From positions 8,391 through 72,390 of the forward strand of contig JACPJR010000013.1 of NCBI GenBank assembly GCA_016187565.1: DNA of 64,000 nucleotides, read 5' to 3'. Numbering within the stretch: position 1 is the stretch's first letter; each line of letters opens with the position of its first letter. Made by a program: the position numbers and the translations under genes. This document shows positions 61,342 through 64,000 of this stretch, piece by piece. This stretch comes from Candidatus Woesearchaeota archaeon. Its GTDB lineage: Archaea > Nanobdellota > Nanobdellia > Woesearchaeales > JACPJR01. Under the pieces are notes generated by a model. It was given only the letters and a program-made list of their open reading frames with translations, was not told where the DNA came from and ran no database searches.

Positions 61342-64000
61342 TTACTTTTTCTTGAGTGTTTCAGCAGTTGTCTGTTGCTTCTGCCGTGTTGCCATGATTT
61401 TTTCTTTGGCCTTTCGCAAGTTATGGCGGATGCCAAAGATTGACAACACTAACATCCCAACAAGGGCTACACCCACTGCAAGATCAGGGTAGAGGAGTAA
61501 GAGATCTGGTTTCTCTTTCACTGCTCGTTTTTGAGCTGGTCGTTTTACCTCCTGCGTAACTTGTGGCTGTTCCTGTGGTGTTATTATTTCTTGTGGTGAT
61601 TCCTGTACAGGCTCAACAGGAGCAGGAGCTACTACACAACTCTGGCTTACCACCGGCTTACTCTTCGTGGTATTACACTTATTCGCATCAGTACATGATC
61701 GTATCTGCTGTCCACCAGCACAGGCTGACCATGAGCTACAGGACCAATTCTCTGCACATTTGGCAATACCTCCACCACCTCCTCCACTACTACTTCCACC
61801 ACCACCACCACCGGAAGGAGTACTACCATCGCTATCGGTTGAGGACGTCCCTGGCTGGCCACCTGCCCAGGTTGAGAACTCACAAGGGATTTGCCAGATA
61901 CAGTAATCAGCTCCAGTCGTGTTGAGAACTGCCTCTGAAGTTCTGTTCAGACATCGTGTCCGGTTATCATTACAATGCCAGAGCTCACTACAGGTTCCAT
62001 CTCCGGGTACTTTAAGGAAACATTCCTGCGGATCAAGGTTATTAACGATCTTGTCTCTGGTTTCTGTAACCATTCCTGCATACCCAATGGTGTCTCCGCT
62101 CGTATCTGTTGTCGTACCTGTTGCCAAGGAACCATTGTCATCAATGTCTCTTGTCTTTGATCCTAACCCGGTCTTGGTTAAACGAACATCCTTAAACTCA
62201 AACCAGGTGCTGTTGTCGGTTGACACAATGCGAATGTCAGCCCGTCTTCCAGAACTGTAGTTCGTCTTCATTCCAGCATTGGTTCCACATTCCTGGCCTT
62301 GGTCATGTTCATACGTTCCATCCTGGTTAAGGTCATAGCTGACATTATAGCCCGTCGGAGCCTGAATCTTGGTAACGAAATCACAGATTCTACAGGACGT
62401 GTTCAGTTCAGTCTTGAGTGAGGAACACTTACTAATCCCACACCTGGCATCATCATCACAGATCTTGAGCTTATAATAATAGGTGGTATTCTGCGCTAAT
62501 TCAGACGAAAGTGATGCTGCACCACCATCATTGTAAGCTTCTGCTGCGTGCGATAAGCGGTAATTTTCAGTGAAGTTGCTGAGGATGGCATAATCATAGA
62601 TACTTGTTACATTCAGCGTACATGTGCTGTCAGTACCGTACCAGAGCAGGGTTCCATTTGAGGGCTTTTGTGTCCAGTATTTAATCAAAACACTGTTTGG
62701 ATAGCTCTCAGTAACTACTGCCTCAATACGAGGTGTTGTAGTATCGACAAAGCTTGCAGCATGAACTCCCAGGGAATTCTCCATACAGTACGTTTGGTTC
62801 ATACAGGCATAGTTTGCACATCCTTCTGCGGTAAAGCAATCAACATCAAACTGCACATACCCTTCCTGTGCATTATTCTGTCCATAGTTATTCGTGCCAT
62901 TTCCTTCGACCTTGTAGACATCATAAAGTCCTAAGTCAAAGTCAACACTGTCAGCACTCACATATCCTGCACCAGAAACCGTATCAGTAGGATTACTCGC
63001 ATCTCCTGCTCCAGTTGCAGAAACAATGGTCACTCTCATACTCTCTCCGGCAGTATAGAGGTCGGGATATTTCAAGAGATCCGCCTCCTCTACACCAATC
63101 ATAGGACCGCCTAAATCCTGGCACATCATACTTCGTGAACCACTAAGCTTGATTTCGGCAACAGTAAAGTTACCACTGTTACAACGGAAGGCTGTCCACT
63201 TCTCATTAACGCTGCCTGAAGAATAGCTTACATTATACTTGAAATAAAACTCAAATCCTGTCGCAGAGCTATTATGCTTCAAGGCACAATGGTTCGTTCG
63301 GTTGCCATCAGTGTCCAGGTACCAGTAGAAGATAGTCGTGTTTTTTCCGCTGCCCATTCCTCCAGTGATAAGATTTTCACCATTACAGAGCGCAGCATTA
63401 CTTAAACTGCTGACACTCATGCCAAACCCAAAGGAAGACCCCATATTTTTCATGCCATAGCCAAGAAGATCTACTTCACTCACATTCACATCTCCCGCAG
63501 CATCTGTTCCAAGCATCATGGGTTCTCCTCCTTCCATATTCCTAAATTGGCTTGCCGACGCTGCATCCTCACAGATACCGCTCACAAAACGACAGGCGCT
63601 GATGTTTGTTCCGTTAAGCTTATAGGAAGCACAGGTCGATGCATTGGTTTGTGATCCAGAGATATCGCCACTAAAACAGTTAGATTCACAGCGCTGCCAG
63701 TCAGGTGCCCAGGTACAATGTTCCAAGGCACTACAACTTACATTATCTTGCTGTTGGAAACAGTTTAAGGCAATTTCGTCACAAAAACCCATTACGGCAT
63801 TCCACTGGCATCGTGGTTGTGCATTACAGGTTGTCTGATCAAAGCTATATTGAGGACATTGTGACTGGAAGTCAACCTGACAGAATCCACCACCTTGTTC
63901 TTCAATCCAGCCACAGCCATTTTGATTTTGACAACCCGTCTGGTTTCCATCATAGATGAAACATTCAGAGCCCTTGCCACCTTTACCTTCTTCACCCATA
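61342..64000 (-). CDS. Large Cys-rich surface protein with FN3-like domain, Gly-rich linker and C-terminal TM anchor; N-terminus probably beyond the window
   Basis: At least 885 aa. No signal peptide at the first Met (63999), and the frame is open to the window edge. It contains SGGGGGGSSSGGGGGG, a CxxxC-rich stalk, the TM segment LAVGVALVGMLVLSIFGI and a basic tail. N-x-S/T sequons are abundant. Confidence 0.85.
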   Translation of the reverse strand, partial: MGEEGKGGKGSECFIYDGNQTGCQNQNGCGWIEEQGGGFCQVDFQSQCPQYSFDQTTCNAQPRCQWNAVMGFCDEIALNCFQQQDNVSCSALEHCTWAPDWQRCESNCFSGDISGSQTNASTCASYKLNGTNISACRFVSGICEDAASASQFRNMEGGEPMMLGTDAAGDVNVSEVDLLGYGMKNMGSSFGFGMSVSSLSNAALCNGENLITGGMGSGKNTTIFYWYLDTDGNRTNHCALKHNSSATGFEFYFKYNVSYSSGSVNEKWTAFRCNSGNFTVAEIKLSGSRSMMCQDLGGPMIGVEEADLLKYPDLYTAGESMRVTIVSATGAGDASNPTDTVSGAGYVSADSVDFDLGLYDVYKVEGNGTNNYGQNNAQEGYVQFDVDCFTAEGCANYACMNQTYCMENSLGVHAASFVDTTTPRIEAVVTESYPNSVLIKYWTQKPSNGTLLWYGTDSTCTLNVTSIYDYAILSNFTENYRLSHAAEAYNDGGAASLSSELAQNTTYYYKLKICDDDARCGISKCSSLKTELNTSCRICDFVTKIQAPTGYNVSYDLNQDGTYEHDQGQECGTNAGMKTNYSSGRRADIRIVSTDNSTWFEFKDVRLTKTGLGSKTRDIDDNGSLATGTTTDTSGDTIGYAGMVTETRDKIVNNLDPQECFLKVPGDGTCSELWHCNDNRTRCLNRTSEAVLNTTGADYCIWQIPCEFSTWAGGQPGTSSTDSDGSTPSGGGGGGSSSGGGGGGIAKCAENWSCSSWSACAGGQQIRSCTDANKCNTTKSKPVVSQSCVVAPAPVEPVQESPQEIITPQEQPQVTQEVKRPAQKRAVKEKPDLLLLYPDLAVGVALVGMLVLSIFGIRHNLRKAKEKIMATRQKQQTTAETLKKK

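Noticed and set aside
1-64000. Search for CRISPR arrays, integrases, transposases, prophage modules and 16S/23S rRNA
   Set aside because: No regularly spaced direct repeats and no recombinase or transposase motifs were seen. Only 5S rRNA and three tRNAs were found.

Overview
This is an archaeal chromosomal segment of moderate to low G+C. No CRISPR array, transposase or integrase ORF, or 16S/23S rRNA is visible. Archaeal identity is supported by an HMf-type histone, aIF-1A, a family-B DNA polymerase and a class-I CCA-adding enzyme. It is further supported by a RIO kinase, the S13-S4-S11-RpoD-L18e-L13-S9/S2 cluster, two tRNAs with canonical 37/38 introns, and an unlinked 5S rRNA. Many genes have GGAGG-type Shine-Dalgarno sites. 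The ORF track allows GTG/TTG starts, so several starts were re-set to the first well-placed ATG.

Content by region:
- 1-9.4 kb: a compact, translationally coupled DAHP synthase-trpEGDCFBA operon with a divergent ACT-like gene. It looks more AT-rich than the rest.
- 9.4-23 kb: housekeeping genes (aIF-1A, MscS, histone, Pcm, PolB, PurB, tRNA-Asn, 5S, MarC, CarAB).
- 23.2-27.2 kb: a tight 7-gene operon of uncharacterised helical proteins built around a MinD/ParA-type ATPase. This is the best candidate for an undescribed system.
- 27-42 kb: nucleic-acid maintenance genes (DHH phosphoesterase plus RNase-H-fold exonuclease, AlaX, Nth, RNase HII, CCA enzyme), SAH hydrolase with a PfkB kinase, toxin-antitoxin pairs and several orphans.
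- 42.5-51 kb: an operon of very large, Cys-rich, sequon-rich secreted proteins.
- 52-58 kb: a membrane-anchored wHTH regulator and the ribosomal protein/RpoD cluster with an embedded tRNA-Leu.
- 58-64 kb: a structured intergenic RNA candidate, an MNT/HEPN pair, a pseudo-receiver/DHp-like orphan, DUF167, and another large surface protein truncated by the window end.

A roughly 95-nt double-hairpin repeat occurs twice, at 17.3 kb and 32.7 kb.
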